Below are positions 45,759-57,917 of a stretch of 64,000 nucleotides of DNA, piece after piece. The stretch covers positions 4,512,001 to 4,576,000 of the forward strand of contig OY762007.1 of assembly GCA_963665115.1 (NCBI GenBank), read 5' to 3'. This stretch comes from an uncultured Rivularia sp. (GTDB lineage: Bacteria; Cyanobacteriota; Cyanobacteriia; Cyanobacteriales; Nostocaceae). Made by a program: the position numbers and the translations under genes. The notes beneath the pieces were generated by a model. It saw nothing but the letters and a program-made list of their open reading frames with translations, made no database searches and had not been told where the DNA came from. Numbering within the stretch: position 1 is the stretch's first letter; each line of letters starts with the position of its first letter.

Positions 45759-46920
45759 TTAATTATCAAAGTTCGGGATAATTTCTGTAATTACCCTCTC
45801 GCGCGAACTACCCCCCTTAACGACCACATTTTCTGTATTAAAATTACCAGTGGCACTATCACCTTTAAAAGTCAATTGAGGGTCCGTTTGAGCGTATGTA
45901 ACGTTTCCAGAGGCTTCTATTAATTGTTTGCTTAAATACCAAGTTAAATTATTCGATTGAATCGATTGACCTTTTTTTCCGATACCTCTAACGTCTCCTT
46001 GAACAAAAACTGTATCTTGAGGTATTTTTAATTCACCTCGATTCCCGCTTACAGTTATATTTTCAGTACGATGCACCACTTTCACTGGTGCATTTGTTTT
46101 AATATTTTCAGCGTTTACATTCCAAGTTATGGAATTACTAGCTATTTGTACCAAAGGATCTAGTAATTCGATAAAGGCATTTTTTGTAATATTGATAATT
46201 TTTGTTTTTAAGAAAATTTCAGCAGCATCTCCCCTACCGCGATCGGTGACTTTATTATTCTTGAAACGGCTAATTTGCATAGTGCGATCGCCAATTAATT
46301 TTTCCTGTTTAATCATCCAGGTTAATTGTTCGGTTTGCATTTGCAGTTGAGGATCGAATGATTTGGCTACTACTCCTCCAGAAAAATCAATCCGCTGTTC
46401 GCGGGTTTTAACTCTTGCTTCTTGGGCTACTGCTTGTAACTGTTTGTGAGTGCCGTTAAGTTGATTGCGAACAATCATTAAGTCTTCTTTGGGGTCGCCA
46501 TTCTAATTCATTACCTCGCAATACCACACCATTTTCAGGATCGGTTGCAACAATTTTACCTTTAAGAAATAATTGCTTTCCGTCTTGCCTAATATCAGCT
46601 TTGTCTGCTGTAATTTTGTAAACTATTTTACCGTCTTGATACAGTTCACCATAAGGATTCTCAGCATTACCTATTTGTTTTTCTTTGGTATATTTAGCTT
46701 GTTTAGCGTTTACTTTCCAAATTGGTTGACCTTTTTCATCAAATTGTTCTAAAGCTACACCTTGGAAAGTAAAGTTACTTTCGTCTTCTTGTACGGATTC
46801 GTCTTCGACTGGTTCGTCTTCAATAGTGGGCTTCTGGCTTCCACAACTAACTAATGTTAGAAGAGAGAAGGCGCAGGGCAGAAGGCAGAGGCTAAAAGCC
46901 CTGTGAGTTAAGCTTTTCAT
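45759..46920 (-). CDS. lptC: LPS export periplasmic lipoprotein LptC-like (+1 frameshift near 46492)
   Basis: lipobox LVSC, beta-jellyroll-like repeats; LEWRP joins KEDLMIVRN. Confidence 0.75.
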
Positions 46921-47203
46921 CCTGGATATTGTAGAAAGTTTTTTGCGCCATACTCTACTAACAGACGTAGAAAAAATTAATATTATCCGTATTTTTCTAT
47001 TTTATTTTTTGTTTGCAATAAAGGCTTTAGCCTTAAGTAAATAATTTTCAAAGTCTTACCGCTACTTTCTAAAATAGTTAATCGCGGAGTTACCAAGCGG
47101 AGTACGATTTATAGTAATTTCTGCGGAAAAAACCTATGGTGGTAGTGGGAGCCGAAATTCTCCCTAGTACTCCACCACATTAGTTTTGCAGGGTAATCAA
47201 AAT

Positions 47204-47429
47204 GTAGTGGGAGCGTCTCGCTCCCTCGTGACAATCAGCGAGCTTTCCCGCTCGCACTCCCGGAACCCAGCAGAATTATTGTGGGCAAGTACTAGTAGTC
47301 CTTTTCATTTGTTTTGACTGATTCGTTTTCTCGGTAAACCTTGGGAGACGTTATGTATAACGTCTCTACAACCCGTCAGAACAAATGAAATGCAATACTA
47401 GTCGCGAGCGAACAAGATGCTTCGACTAC
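47204..47429. mobile_element. nested repeats: REP-like doublet containing a TIR-bounded MITE (47291-47402)
   Basis: ACTAGTAGTCCTTTTCATTTGTTTTGAC..GTCAGAACAAATGAAATGCAATACTAGT between inverted GTAG palindromes. Confidence 0.65.
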
Positions 47430-47622
47430 AGAAATTAATTGGAATGACTTACTTAATTAACATTGAATAACATAAAAACGTTCTCATAATTAAGATGCGT
47501 CAGTACTAAAAATCCTTCAATATTGAAAGAATTCAGCTAACTAACGCATCTTACATAAAGATAAATTTTGGATGATTCAGCAATAGATGTCCAATAACTT
47601 ATCCCGCTCTTGTTTTTATGCT

Positions 47623-48261
47623 TTATTCCTGAACTTCCAAACGAGGATCTACCATACCAGGTGCAGGTGATTGCTCTAGAAAACTCATTTCGGGTAATGG
47701 GCGGTAAGGATATCCCTGACGAGGTGTTTTTTGAATATCATCTTTAACGGCTTCTAAATCAATGTAGCGATCGGAAACGTTAATCAAACTATCACTAGTC
47801 ATAGAACGTAAACTTACTACTTCTACTCTAACCCCGCGATAACTAACTGAATTCACAGCATATGCTAAATCCCCATCGCCACTGACCAAAACAGCAGTAT
47901 CGTAGGAATCTACTAAAGCCATCATGTCTACTGCTATTTCCACATCCAAATTAGCTTTTTTGGAGCCATCCGGTAGCTGCACCAAATCTTTAGCTATTAC
48001 TCTGTAACCATTGCGCCGCATCCATAATAAAAATCCCTGCTGTTTCTCATTTGTCCGATCTACACCAGTATAGAAAAACGAACGCAGCAATCTCGAACCA
48101 CCTGTCAACCTGGAAAGCAATTTGGTGTAATCAATTTCAATGCCCAACTGTAACGCTGCGTAAAATAAATTTGAGCCATCAATAAATATCGCTACACGAC
48201 CTCTATTTTCTAAAACTTGTTCTGGCGTAAATATTGACTCTTCTTGTAAATTATTCAACAT
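47623..48261 (-). CDS. NYN-domain (LabA/DUF88 family) protein
   Basis: IFIDGSNL, KANLDVEIAVD, LVSGDGD. Confidence 0.9.
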   Translation of the reverse strand: MLNNLQEESIFTPEQVLENRGRVAIFIDGSNLFYAALQLGIEIDYTKLLSRLTGGSRLLRSFFYTGVDRTNEKQQGFLLWMRRNGYRVIAKDLVQLPDGSKKANLDVEIAVDMMALVDSYDTAVLVSGDGDLAYAVNSVSYRGVRVEVVSLRSMTSDSLINVSDRYIDLEAVKDDIQKTPRQGYPYRPLPEMSFLEQSPAPGMVDPRLEVQE

Positions 48262-48539
48262 TTTTCTGATACCTCATTTGTTATTGTTGCAATTATGTTT
48301 GTTATTCTTGTAATAATTGAAACTTAGGCGTTACATTGATACGTAAGTTTCGGCTATTTATGATAATCATTCAAGGCTAATACTTACACCTTGATAAATC
48401 AACCTTTGTAACTAGCACGAGCATGATTTTAGATTTATAATTTGCTTCCTTTTTGCTTTTATTTTCTTGCGAGAGACACAATCCAAAATTTTTGCATCAA
48501 ATTCTGCATCAAATATTGAATTACTATCCCCTAATTAAA

Positions 48540-50138
48540 TTAATTCAGTTCAATAATTTGAAAAATCGGCTTTGCTTTGCCTAACTGCTGTTCGCTACTA
48601 AGCAGCCCCCAGTTTCCATGTCTGGCAAAGGGCGCGGAATTCGCAGTATCAGTTTGATTATTAAAGTCAATTCCAAAACCCAGTTGCTGATATATATCGC
48701 TACTAATATTTGGAATTACGGGAGAAATCAGATAAGCTCCCAACCTTACCGATTCTAAGACTACATACAAAACCTGTTCTAACTCTTGTTGTTTTCCTTG
48801 TTTGTATAATGACCAGGGTGCTTGTTCGTCAATATATTTATTACAAGCTTGAGACAATCGCAGAACTCCTTCGCAGGCTCGATCGAAGGCTAGGGCTTCG
48901 TAGTTAGTTTTTACCTGTTCCCCTAATCGCAAGCCAATAGCTTTCAAAGGATTATCATCAGGGACATTTTCGCTGGCAATTGAGGGTACGTTTCCCCCAC
49001 AATATTTTTTGACCATGTTTAAATTGCGATTTAGCAAATTACCTAAATTCTTCGCCAAATCTGCATTTACAACCTCAACGAATCTAACTTCATTAAAATC
49101 GCCATCTTTACCAAACCCGATTTCCTTAATAAAGTAATAACGAATTGCATCCGAACCATATTTCTCTACCAAGGCTACAGGATCGATGGTATTACCAAGG
49201 CTTTTACCCATTTTCTGACCATCCTTGGTCAAAAAACCGTGTCCAAATACTCTTTTAGGTATTGGTAAATTGGCACTCATCAACAATGCAGGCCAGGAAA
49301 CCGCATGAAAGCGTAAAATATCTTTACCAATTAAATGCAAATTGATTGGCCACCATTTAGCCAAAGCGTTTTCTAATGTTGGCTCTGAGTCCGGTTCGAG
49401 TAATGCAGTTACATATCCGAGCAAAGCGTCAAACCAAACATACAAAGTATGCTTTGGATCGTTAGGTACTGGAAAACCCCATTCTAAATTCACTCGCGAA
49501 ATCGAAAAATCTTGCAACCCTCCTTTAATAAAGTTGAGAATTTCGTTCCGTCTACTTTCTGGTTGAAGAAAATCCGGTCTAGACTGATACAATTCTTCGA
49601 GTTGACTTTGATATTTTGATAGCTTAAAGAAATAATTTTCCTCGTCTCGCCATTCCACTTCTTTATTAGTATGGATGGGACAACGATTTCCTTCTAGCAA
49701 TTCACGTTCTTCTTTGAATTCTTCGCAAGAAACGCAATACCAACCTTTTTGCTGACCAAGATAAATATCGCCGCTTTCCCAGAGTCTTCCAAAAAACTCT
49801 TTTACTATCGTTTCATGGTTTGGATTGGTAGTACGGATAAAGCGGTCGTATTGAATATTGAGCAATTCCCACAGAGAGACAAATCCCGCAGACATTTGGT
49901 CGCTAAATTCTTGGGGTTCAAGACCTTTACTTTCTGCCGTTCGTTGAATTTTCTGCCCGTGTTCGTCGGTACCCGTAATTAAAAGTACCGAGCGACCCAT
50001 AAGCCTTTGGAAGCGTGCCATCACATCTGCCGCCATTGTCGTGTAGGCACTGCCGATATGAGGCAAATCGTTTACATAATATAACGGTGTAGTAAGAGCA
50101 AATGTATTTTTCGTTTTATCCACTAGACTAATGCACAA
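48540..50138 (-). CDS. metG: methionyl-tRNA synthetase
   Basis: YYVNDLPHIGS, GTDEHG, YVWFDAL, KMGKS. Confidence 0.96.
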   Translation of the reverse strand: MCISLVDKTKNTFALTTPLYYVNDLPHIGSAYTTMAADVMARFQRLMGRSVLLITGTDEHGQKIQRTAESKGLEPQEFSDQMSAGFVSLWELLNIQYDRFIRTTNPNHETIVKEFFGRLWESGDIYLGQQKGWYCVSCEEFKEERELLEGNRCPIHTNKEVEWRDEENYFFKLSKYQSQLEELYQSRPDFLQPESRRNEILNFIKGGLQDFSISRVNLEWGFPVPNDPKHTLYVWFDALLGYVTALLEPDSEPTLENALAKWWPINLHLIGKDILRFHAVSWPALLMSANLPIPKRVFGHGFLTKDGQKMGKSLGNTIDPVALVEKYGSDAIRYYFIKEIGFGKDGDFNEVRFVEVVNADLAKNLGNLLNRNLNMVKKYCGGNVPSIASENVPDDNPLKAIGLRLGEQVKTNYEALAFDRACEGVLRLSQACNKYIDEQAPWSLYKQGKQQELEQVLYVVLESVRLGAYLISPVIPNISSDIYQQLGFGIDFNNQTDTANSAPFARHGNWGLLSSEQQLGKAKPIFQIIELN

Positions 50139-51164
50139 ATAAAATTACTTTTAAAAAAAACAGTTTTTTATCCGAACTTTTTCAGATAAAACTACATCAT
50201 TATACAATATTAGCCATGCTTTTTCAATCTACATTTTAATGTTAACAAATTTATTTGCTTTCGGTTTATTTAAAAATAAGTATAAGTAGAATTGATTATT
50301 GTCTGAATCCCTTATTTATAGCCTAATTATTATTGACAAAGACTTTTTGAATTCTTGTTACTATAAATACAAATTATTTTGCTGAGAAAAAATATATCCT
50401 TTATAAGGCTAATTTTTTCAGTCTAAATCAAGCCACATCTATATATAAAAATGTAAACAATTGCTTTAGTTAAATTTCGATATTCTGATAGAATTGATAT
50501 TGAAAACTTATGAATTAAAATAATTCGATGCTAATTTCTAAGTTACGACTAAATTTATTATCGTTCAATTTAGCTTCATTATTATAAGAGTTGGATACAT
50601 CAAGGTGCAAGGGTGTTTTAGTAAGTAACTATTCACTTCGTTGTAAATGCACCTATTTTTATGGCGACATTATTCAATAGCATTTGCTTTGTTTTTAATA
50701 GCAAAATAAGACAAGCGTTAATAATGCGAGAACTTGTAAAATATTTCAACTAAACTCTATAAATTTATTTCGGTTAAGATTGCTTTTCGAGCGTATTGCT
50801 AACAAATGTTAGAAGTTGTGCAATGAAATACCAGTTACGATTGCTTCTTTCTTATGAAATTAAAACAAATACCGTACCTATAAGGTAATCAATCTGGTTA
50901 GTATGGGTAATCTATAGTTGTCTTAGTCATACTACTCTATAAGTTGTCCTTATTAGAACGCAGCAACACCAAAAATATTTCTGGAAAAACACGCAAGAAC
51001 TATAGTAGAAGAACTTACACTTTCATTGTGAGTCAAAAATCACAAACAAAATTTATTAAAGTTGCCTTATCGATGTATATCAAAGAAGATTAACTCAAAC
51101 GTTTTTTCAAAACTTTCAGAATCTATAATTTTTCAATTGACTATTGACAATTAACTACTAACCG

Positions 51165-51980
51165 ATGAATAGATCAAAAGTTGGACTACAGCCGTGTTTC
51201 CTTGCTCCAAGAACAATACACTCAGATTATCCGCTATTTATATATTTGCCAGGAATGGATGGCTCGGGGCAACTATTGCGAACTCAAACGGAAGGTTTGG
51301 AAGCTGGCTTTGACGTGCGTTGTTTGGCAATACCGCGAGATGACTTGACTAACTGGGATGAACTTGTGTCAAGCGTGTTGAAGTTAATTCACGCCGAAAT
51401 CGAAAATACACCCGAAAGATCGGTGTATCTTTGTGGAGAATCATTTGGGGGTTGCTTGGCACAGAAGGTGGCAATTGCAGCACCACATCTGTTCAAGCGG
51501 ATAATACTTTTAAACCCTGCTTCCAGCTTTCGGATTCGTCCTTTTTTTGACTGGGGTTCGCAGTTTACCGGCTTTGTACCTAACTTTTTTTATGACGTAG
51601 GTGCTTTTGGATTACTACCCTTTCTAGCTTCCTTACCAAGAATGAGCAGTAGCGATCGCCAAGAACTTTTGCAAGCTATACGCTCTGTTCCAGCTGAAAC
51701 AATACGTTGGAGAATATCATTGCTTCGGGAGTTTTACATTGACGAATCCAAACTGAGTCAATTAACTCAACCGATTTTATTAATTGCTGGTGCTAATGAT
51801 AGACTTTTACCTTCTACCACAGAAGCTTTAAGGCTAGGAAATCTTTTTCCCAAGGCTACAATCCTAGTACTCAAAGAAAGCGGACACGCTTGTTTGTTAG
51901 AAAAAGATATCAATCTTTACGAAATTATGCGCGATAATAACTTCTTAGAATGCAGTAGCGAAGTTAAATCGACACCTTGA
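51165..51980 (+). CDS. alpha/beta hydrolase
   Basis: LPGMDG, GESFGG nucleophile elbow, SGHACLLE. Confidence 0.88.
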   Translation: MNRSKVGLQPCFLAPRTIHSDYPLFIYLPGMDGSGQLLRTQTEGLEAGFDVRCLAIPRDDLTNWDELVSSVLKLIHAEIENTPERSVYLCGESFGGCLAQKVAIAAPHLFKRIILLNPASSFRIRPFFDWGSQFTGFVPNFFYDVGAFGLLPFLASLPRMSSSDRQELLQAIRSVPAETIRWRISLLREFYIDESKLSQLTQPILLIAGANDRLLPSTTEALRLGNLFPKATILVLKESGHACLLEKDINLYEIMRDNNFLECSSEVKSTP

Positions 51981-51993
51981 AACCTTTTGAAAT

Positions 51994-52017
51994 GCCCGGT
52001 ATTGTTAACTACCGGGC
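51994..52017. terminator. hairpin after the hydrolase gene
   Basis: GCCCGGTA..TACCGGGC. Confidence 0.45.
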
Positions 52018-52109
52018 TTCAAAATTAACTAATATTTAGGAATGGTCGCACTTAGATATTTAAAATCGCTGTAATCAAGAGTTCCCTGTTCCCTTTTCCC
52101 TATAGCCTA

Positions 52110-52382
52110 AAACCTTACAGATTAGATTGTCCTCCGAATGCCGATGGCCTGAATATGCGTAAACAAGCAGGTTTAAATACAGAAGTAATTACTTTAATTC
52201 CATGTAATGCAGTTGGGATTCAAGATAGAAAACAAAGATACGATCGAGGTGGAATAGAATGGTATCTCATAGAATATCAAGAAAATACTGGATGGGTTGC
52301 TGGCAAATATCTCAAACAGCAAGCTATTAATCCGAACAAAACTACAAAATCTTCCAAATTAATTGCAAAAAAAAGACCCTGA
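52110..52382 (+). pseudogene. bacterial SH3-domain gene remnant
   Basis: frame reads ..PNADGLNMRKQAG..WYLIEY..GWVAGKYL; no upstream start or signal peptide. Confidence 0.55.
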
Positions 52383-52982
52383 CTTCAAATCAGAGTCCTA
52401 ACATGGTGCATCTACAGTTTTAATATTCATGGCATAAATTTTGTTGTCCGCATACTCAACCAGCATATTATACTTTTTTCAACAAAATTTCATATAAAAG
52501 GCTAGTTATTAAAGTTTATACAAATACAAGTATCTGCGGCTACATATAAATATTAATTTCATAATTGACATCTAAAAATGAATCATGATTCTATAACTTT
52601 CAATGCGAAGAAAAGGGTTTATGTGTGTTTTCAAATTAAACTTTTCTACATAAAAAATAGATTTACAACATAAAGATACCGCTGGTTAAAAAATATTTTA
52701 TGCTAAATTTTGTAAAAAAACGACTAAAGGCTGCGCTGGATAACACAAACTATATTTTTGGGCAAAAATAAATTATTCCTTGAAAGTCTTTTGAGGCTGT
52801 TTTTCATTACTTTTTAAAACGTTTAATTTCCCATAACTTTGACTTAGTAAGTACCGCTCTCGCCATCATTTTTATTCATTTAGTCGCAGTACAATTGCGC
52901 TTTTAGATGGATGTAAAGGTAATAGTTGCTCGGCTATATCTTAGATAAGAAATAATTTTATGTGTATATCGGGTATCTTTAA

Positions 52983-54251
52983 ATGTCAGATAAAGCCGGA
53001 CAAAAATCATCTCAACCAAATCCTCGGGCTTCACAAACAGAAGTTCATATTCAACCCCAAGCCAAAGAGAAAAATATAGAAATACCATTAGAAGAAGATT
53101 CAAATACATCCCCTTTAGAATCCTTGGCTAAAACGGTAAGTGAAGTAGGCGGAACAATTACCAATACTGCATTAGGAGTAGGAGCTATTGTTGGTGGTGG
53201 CGCTCTAGAAGCAGGCTCGGCAGTAGTTTCCACCGTAGCCTCCGTAGGGGAAGTTGCGGCAAAACAAACTCACAAAATGATCGAGCAAGCCACCGAAACC
53301 GCAGGAAACGTAGTCAGTCATATTTCCGATAACTGGCTAATTCACAGATTAGCTGGAGTCGTTAATTTAAATTGGCTTGTAGGTGCTAGCGATAATATTG
53401 ACTTCGTAAAAGCAGAAGCCGCAGTTAAGCATTTAAAACAAAAGCATCCTACTGAATCGCCAAGTCAATTAGCCCATCGCATCATGATGGATAAAGCAGT
53501 CAAAGCCGGTGGAATTGGCTTAACCACAAGTATTATACCGGGTGCTGCTGCGGCATTATTGGCAGTTGATTTTGCCGCAACAACAGAATTACAGTCAGAA
53601 ATGGTTTATCAGATTGCATCTATTTATGGGTTAGATTTGCAAGACTCAGCCCGCAAAGGTGAAGTATTAGCAATTTTTGGCTTAGGATTGGGAGGTGGTC
53701 GTCTTTTAAAAACAGCAGGACTAAGTTTACTGCGAAATATACCTTTTGCTGGTGCTGTAATTGGTGCGAGCGCTAACGCCACGATGATTTTTTCTTTGGG
53801 ATATGCTGCTTGTCGTTTTTATGAAACGAAACTGGATGCATCAGAATCTTTAAGCAGCGAAGAAACAATCGCCAAACTACAGCAACAAAGCGAAAATTAT
53901 CTAGAGACTGCCATTGTTCAAGAAGCAGTAATGGATCAAATTTTAGTACACATGATTCTTGCAAGTCATCCAGAACAAACTTGGGCAGAAATACAGCCGC
54001 AGTTGGAAAACTTAAACCTTAGTTCTAATTCCTTAGAAGCAATCGAGCAAAATATTAAATCTCCCCAGCCTTTGGATACACTGCTCAATAAATTAAATCG
54101 AGATTTTGCAGCACCTTTATTAGCTCAATGTTATAGAATTGCTAAATTAAACGATGAAACCACCTCGGTAGAACAAAATATCATCAATGCTATTACTAAC
54201 AAATTTGATGTTGATGCGAATTCTATTGAGTCGGTAGTTAAGAATCAATGA
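52983..54251 (+). CDS. EcsC/DUF697-like protein
   Basis: LQSEMVYQIASIYG, IPFAGAVIGASANA, LGYAACRFYE. Confidence 0.7.
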   Translation: MSDKAGQKSSQPNPRASQTEVHIQPQAKEKNIEIPLEEDSNTSPLESLAKTVSEVGGTITNTALGVGAIVGGGALEAGSAVVSTVASVGEVAAKQTHKMIEQATETAGNVVSHISDNWLIHRLAGVVNLNWLVGASDNIDFVKAEAAVKHLKQKHPTESPSQLAHRIMMDKAVKAGGIGLTTSIIPGAAAALLAVDFAATTELQSEMVYQIASIYGLDLQDSARKGEVLAIFGLGLGGGRLLKTAGLSLLRNIPFAGAVIGASANATMIFSLGYAACRFYETKLDASESLSSEETIAKLQQQSENYLETAIVQEAVMDQILVHMILASHPEQTWAEIQPQLENLNLSSNSLEAIEQNIKSPQPLDTLLNKLNRDFAAPLLAQCYRIAKLNDETTSVEQNIINAITNKFDVDANSIESVVKNQ

Positions 54252-54502
54252 TCAATTATCAATAATCAAATAATCAAATGGGCATAGGGGATTGGGCATT
54301 GGGAATTGGTAATTGGTAATTGGTAATTGGGAAAGAAAAATTTTGACCTTTAACCTTTAACCTAAATTACTCACTCCTCACTCCCAACTTCCAACTCCTA
54401 ACCACTAACAACTAACAACTAACCACTAACCACCAATTGTTGAGTACAAACCGCGATTTTTAAGCAATACTGGTACAAGTAAAGTCAATTTTTGGATACG
54501 AA

Positions 54503-55979
54503 ATGGAAATTAGAGCGAGTAATACACCGCTTTCAGATTGGTCTGGTGATGGTTTAGCTATAGGATTATTTGAAGATAACTTGGATTTAAGTGGCGATTT
54601 AGCTGCTGTGGACAAAAAGTTATCTGGTGCCTTAAAAGAATTAATAGAAGACGAAGAATTTAAAGGAAAGCCTAATAGTACTGCTTTCACTCGCTTAAGT
54701 GGTGGTACTTCTATTCGTAAAATTATGTTAGTTGGCTTGGGTAAAGCCGATGCTTTGAATGCTGAAACTTTACGACGTGCAGCAGCTTCAGTAGGAAAGT
54801 TAGCTAAGAAGCAGAAGTGTAAGACTTTGGGCATCAGCTTACCAGTTTGGAATGATGACACCGCGCAAACTGCACAGGCGATCGCTGAAGGTGTACAACT
54901 AGCACTTTATCAAGATAACCGTTTCAAGTCGGAACCCGAAGAAAAAGAAACACAAGTCGAAACCGTAGATTTACTAGGTTTGAGCGGACAAGAAGCAGCC
55001 GTTACCCTTGCAAATCAAATAGCTTCGGGGGTAATGTTGGCACGACAATTAGTTGCAGCGCCAGCTAATGAAGTAACCCCGATAACTATGGCGGAAGTCG
55101 CTCAAGCTATGGCCTCCGAACATAATTTAGAATTAGAAATTCTGGAAAAAGAAGAGTGTGAAAAGTTAGGTATGGGTGCCTTTTTGGGAGTAGCGCAAGC
55201 TTCTGATTTGCCTCCGAAGTTTATTCACCTTACTTATAAACCTCAAGGTACGCCAAAACGTAAGCTAGCCATTATTGGTAAAGGTGTAACCTTCGATTCT
55301 GGTGGATTAAATATTAAAGGTGCTGGCAGCGGAATTGAAACCATGAAAATGGATATGGGTGGTGCTGCGGCTACCTTGGGTGCTGCTAAAGCAATTGCTC
55401 AACTCAAACCTGATGCCGAAGTTCACTTTATTTCTGCCGTTGCGGAAAACATGATTAGCGGACACGCCATGCATCCCGGCGATATTCTTAAAGCTTCTAA
55501 CGGTAAAACTATCGAAGTTAATAACACTGACGCTGAAGGACGTTTAACCTTAGCTGATGCGTTAGTCTTTGCTGACAAGTTAGGAGTAGATGCCATCGTG
55601 GATTTAGCAACTTTGACAGGAGCCTGTATCGTTGCTTTGGGTAATGAAATCGCCGGGTTGTTTACTCCCAGCGATGAATTAGCATCTGAATTACAGAAAG
55701 CTTCCGAAAGTGCTGGAGAGAAATTCTGGCGGATGCCGATGGAAGAGAAGTATTTTGAAGGATTAAAATCTGGTATTGCCGATATGAAGAATACCGGGGC
55801 CTCGTGCGGGTGGTTCGATTACTGCATCTTTGTTTTTGAAGCAATTTGTTAAAGATACCCCCGCTTGGGCGCATTTAGACGTTGCAGGACCAGTTTGGAC
55901 GGATAAGGACAACGGTTATAATCCTTCTGGTGCAACTGGTTTCGGCGTGCGGACTTTGGTTAATTGGGTTTTAAGTTAA
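54503..55979 (+). CDS. pepA: leucyl aminopeptidase M17 (+1 frameshift near 55797)
   Basis: [25 protein letters not shown]; corrected tail [23 protein letters not shown]. Confidence 0.93.
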
Positions 55980-56206
55980 TAGTTTAATTAGTTTTTGAGG
56001 TGGGCAAATGCCCACCATTGGTTTAATCTGAAACTTTCAACATTGGCTTATTGTTTTTAAATAAAAGATTTCCAAAAACTTTCTACTTAGTTTTTATAAA
56101 ATAAAAATTATCTATAACAAAAACAACTTAATCAGGATTTACCTGTAATTATTTCTTAAAAACTATTTTCCTGATAATAATAAACAGTGGATTTAGCTAA
56201 TAAAAT

Positions 56207-56674
56207 ATGTGTTTAGAATTTGAGTATTTATCCCTTACTTGTACTGGAAAAAAAATACTAGAAAAAGCAATCAAAGGCGATATGCAAGCACAACGAGATG
56301 TTGGTTGCCTTCACATTTGGGGTGAAGAAGGATTTCCCAAATGTGAAGAGCGAGCAAGGTACTATTATACGTTAGCAGCTGAAAAAGGGCATTGCGAAGC
56401 CATGTGGGATGTGTCCACAATGTACCTAAATGGAGAAGGGGGAGAACCTGACATCTTCCGAGGACTGTTTTATCTTAAAAAGGCTGCATCTCGTAGACGT
56501 TGGGACATAGGTGCTGAAAATGCTGCTTCCTTCTTGGAGTATATTTATACAGAAGGACTCTTTGGTCTTGACAATGACGAAAACCAAGCTTCTTACTGGT
56601 CTAAAGTCTCTAAAGAACTGCATCGAAAATATCGTGGTTGGAAACGAAAATACGATGTGAGGGGAATTAGGTAA
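56207..56674 (+). CDS. Sel1-like repeat protein
   Basis: A..GD..AQ..VG, YYTLAAEKGHCEAMW..MYLNGEG repeats. Confidence 0.75.
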   Translation: MCLEFEYLSLTCTGKKILEKAIKGDMQAQRDVGCLHIWGEEGFPKCEERARYYYTLAAEKGHCEAMWDVSTMYLNGEGGEPDIFRGLFYLKKAASRRRWDIGAENAASFLEYIYTEGLFGLDNDENQASYWSKVSKELHRKYRGWKRKYDVRGIR

Positions 56675-56722
56675 GTCGGCGTTAAAAATTAAGGTATGTC
56701 CGCAGCGAGTGGAACGTAGTTC

Positions 56723-56920
56723 GTAGGTTGGGTTAAGCACGCGAAGAATAATCATATTCAACAATAAATTATGTTAGTGCTCTAACCCAACAAATTCTTT
56801 TTGGGGTATTCTTAAATATCTCAATAGATCGCAATCCTAGTAATGTTGGGTTACGACACGATAATTATAAAGTAGGCGTTACAAACGGAATTTGCCACGC
56901 GAATGTCTAACCCAACCTAC
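56723..56920. repeat. REP-like doublet GTAGGTTGGGTTA..TAACCCAACCTAC
   Basis: terminal inverted repeats; right part (56807-56925) duplicated at 58764-58882. Confidence 0.8.
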
Positions 56921-56991
56921 AAGCTTTGATAAATTAAAATTTGACACAACCAAGGCTTTAATTTTTATTTTTAGTTGATAAGTTGGATAAG

Positions 56992-57122
56992 TAAGTAAGT
57001 TGGCGGAAATAAACCAAGCTATGTAACAGAATATAAACTTAACTCAAAAAGCCTATTTAGCTGGAATTCAAGCTTGTTTACAAAACTAAATGTAGTTCTG
57101 CTTTTTTGAGCCGACTTACTTA
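56992..57122. mobile_element. MITE-like element, same family as 14537-14685
   Basis: TAAGTAAGTTGGC..AATAAACCAAGCTATGTAACAGAA / GCCGACTTACTTA. Confidence 0.65.
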
Positions 57123-57186
57123 GCTGGCAAGAAAAAAGCCTATAGGTTGTGTAATAAAATTTAGACTAAAACAAGCAGCACCATCT

Positions 57187-57519
57187 TTAAATATCTTCTT
57201 CTTTATCAATATCACCTATCAAAGGAGCTTGCGAACTGTGACGTACATGAAGTATAAAAACAGTATTTTCTCGAAGAGTAAATAAAATTCGGTACTTATT
57301 TCTTGATTTCCCGTAAATAAGTTGATGAATTTCTTCAGTAAATGTGTCATTTTCTGGAGCAAAACCACAACGCAAAGGCATTTCTTGTAAAGTAGCAACA
57401 GTATCCATCAAATCCCTAAACCAACTATCTGCATATACTGAGTTTTGCGCTCTCAACCAAGAATAAGCAGTATCAATCTCAACCTTTGCCGTTTAAGTAA
57501 ACCTAACTTGAAATGTCAT
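57187..57519 (-). pseudogene. RelE/ParE-family toxin with an in-frame TAA at codon 9
   Basis: MTFQVRFT*TAKVEIDTAYSWL..YRILFTL..VFILHVRH; start overlaps the antitoxin end. Confidence 0.8.
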
Positions 57520-57793
57520 ATTTTTGTTGCATTTCTCGCTCAAATTCTGTCATAGAAATTGTTCTACCAGCCTCTACATCTTCTAGCCCTTGTTTAATTC
57601 CAACGATGGCTTCTAATCTTTCCAATGCATCAAGCAATTTTTGGTAAGACTCTGCATCCTGAACCACTAATTCAGCTTTACCATTAACAGTTAACACTAC
57701 AGGTTCTCCTGTGTGCTTCATTTGTTCGATAAATGAGGGCGTATTTCGCTTAAAGCTTGAAAGTGAATGAATATCTCGACTGATATTTAACAT
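57503..57793 (-). CDS. Phd/YefM-family antitoxin
   Basis: IHSLSSFKRN, PVVLTVNGKAELVVQDAESYQ. Confidence 0.9.
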   Translation of the reverse strand: MLNISRDIHSLSSFKRNTPSFIEQMKHTGEPVVLTVNGKAELVVQDAESYQKLLDALERLEAIVGIKQGLEDVEAGRTISMTEFEREMQQKYDISS

Positions 57794-57917
57794 AGAATTA
57801 ATTATGCATCAAATTTGCACTAAATTTAATGCTAACAAATTTATTACTATTAAAATATTATCCCAGCCCAGAGACTGGGAACGAGTCAAAAAGACTTAAG
57901 TTGCGATTCGGCTAATA

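Noticed and set aside
50140..51160. hidden gene in the 1-kb AT-rich gap between metG and the hydrolase
   Set aside because: No ORF, repeat or stable structure that I could support; probably divergent promoters
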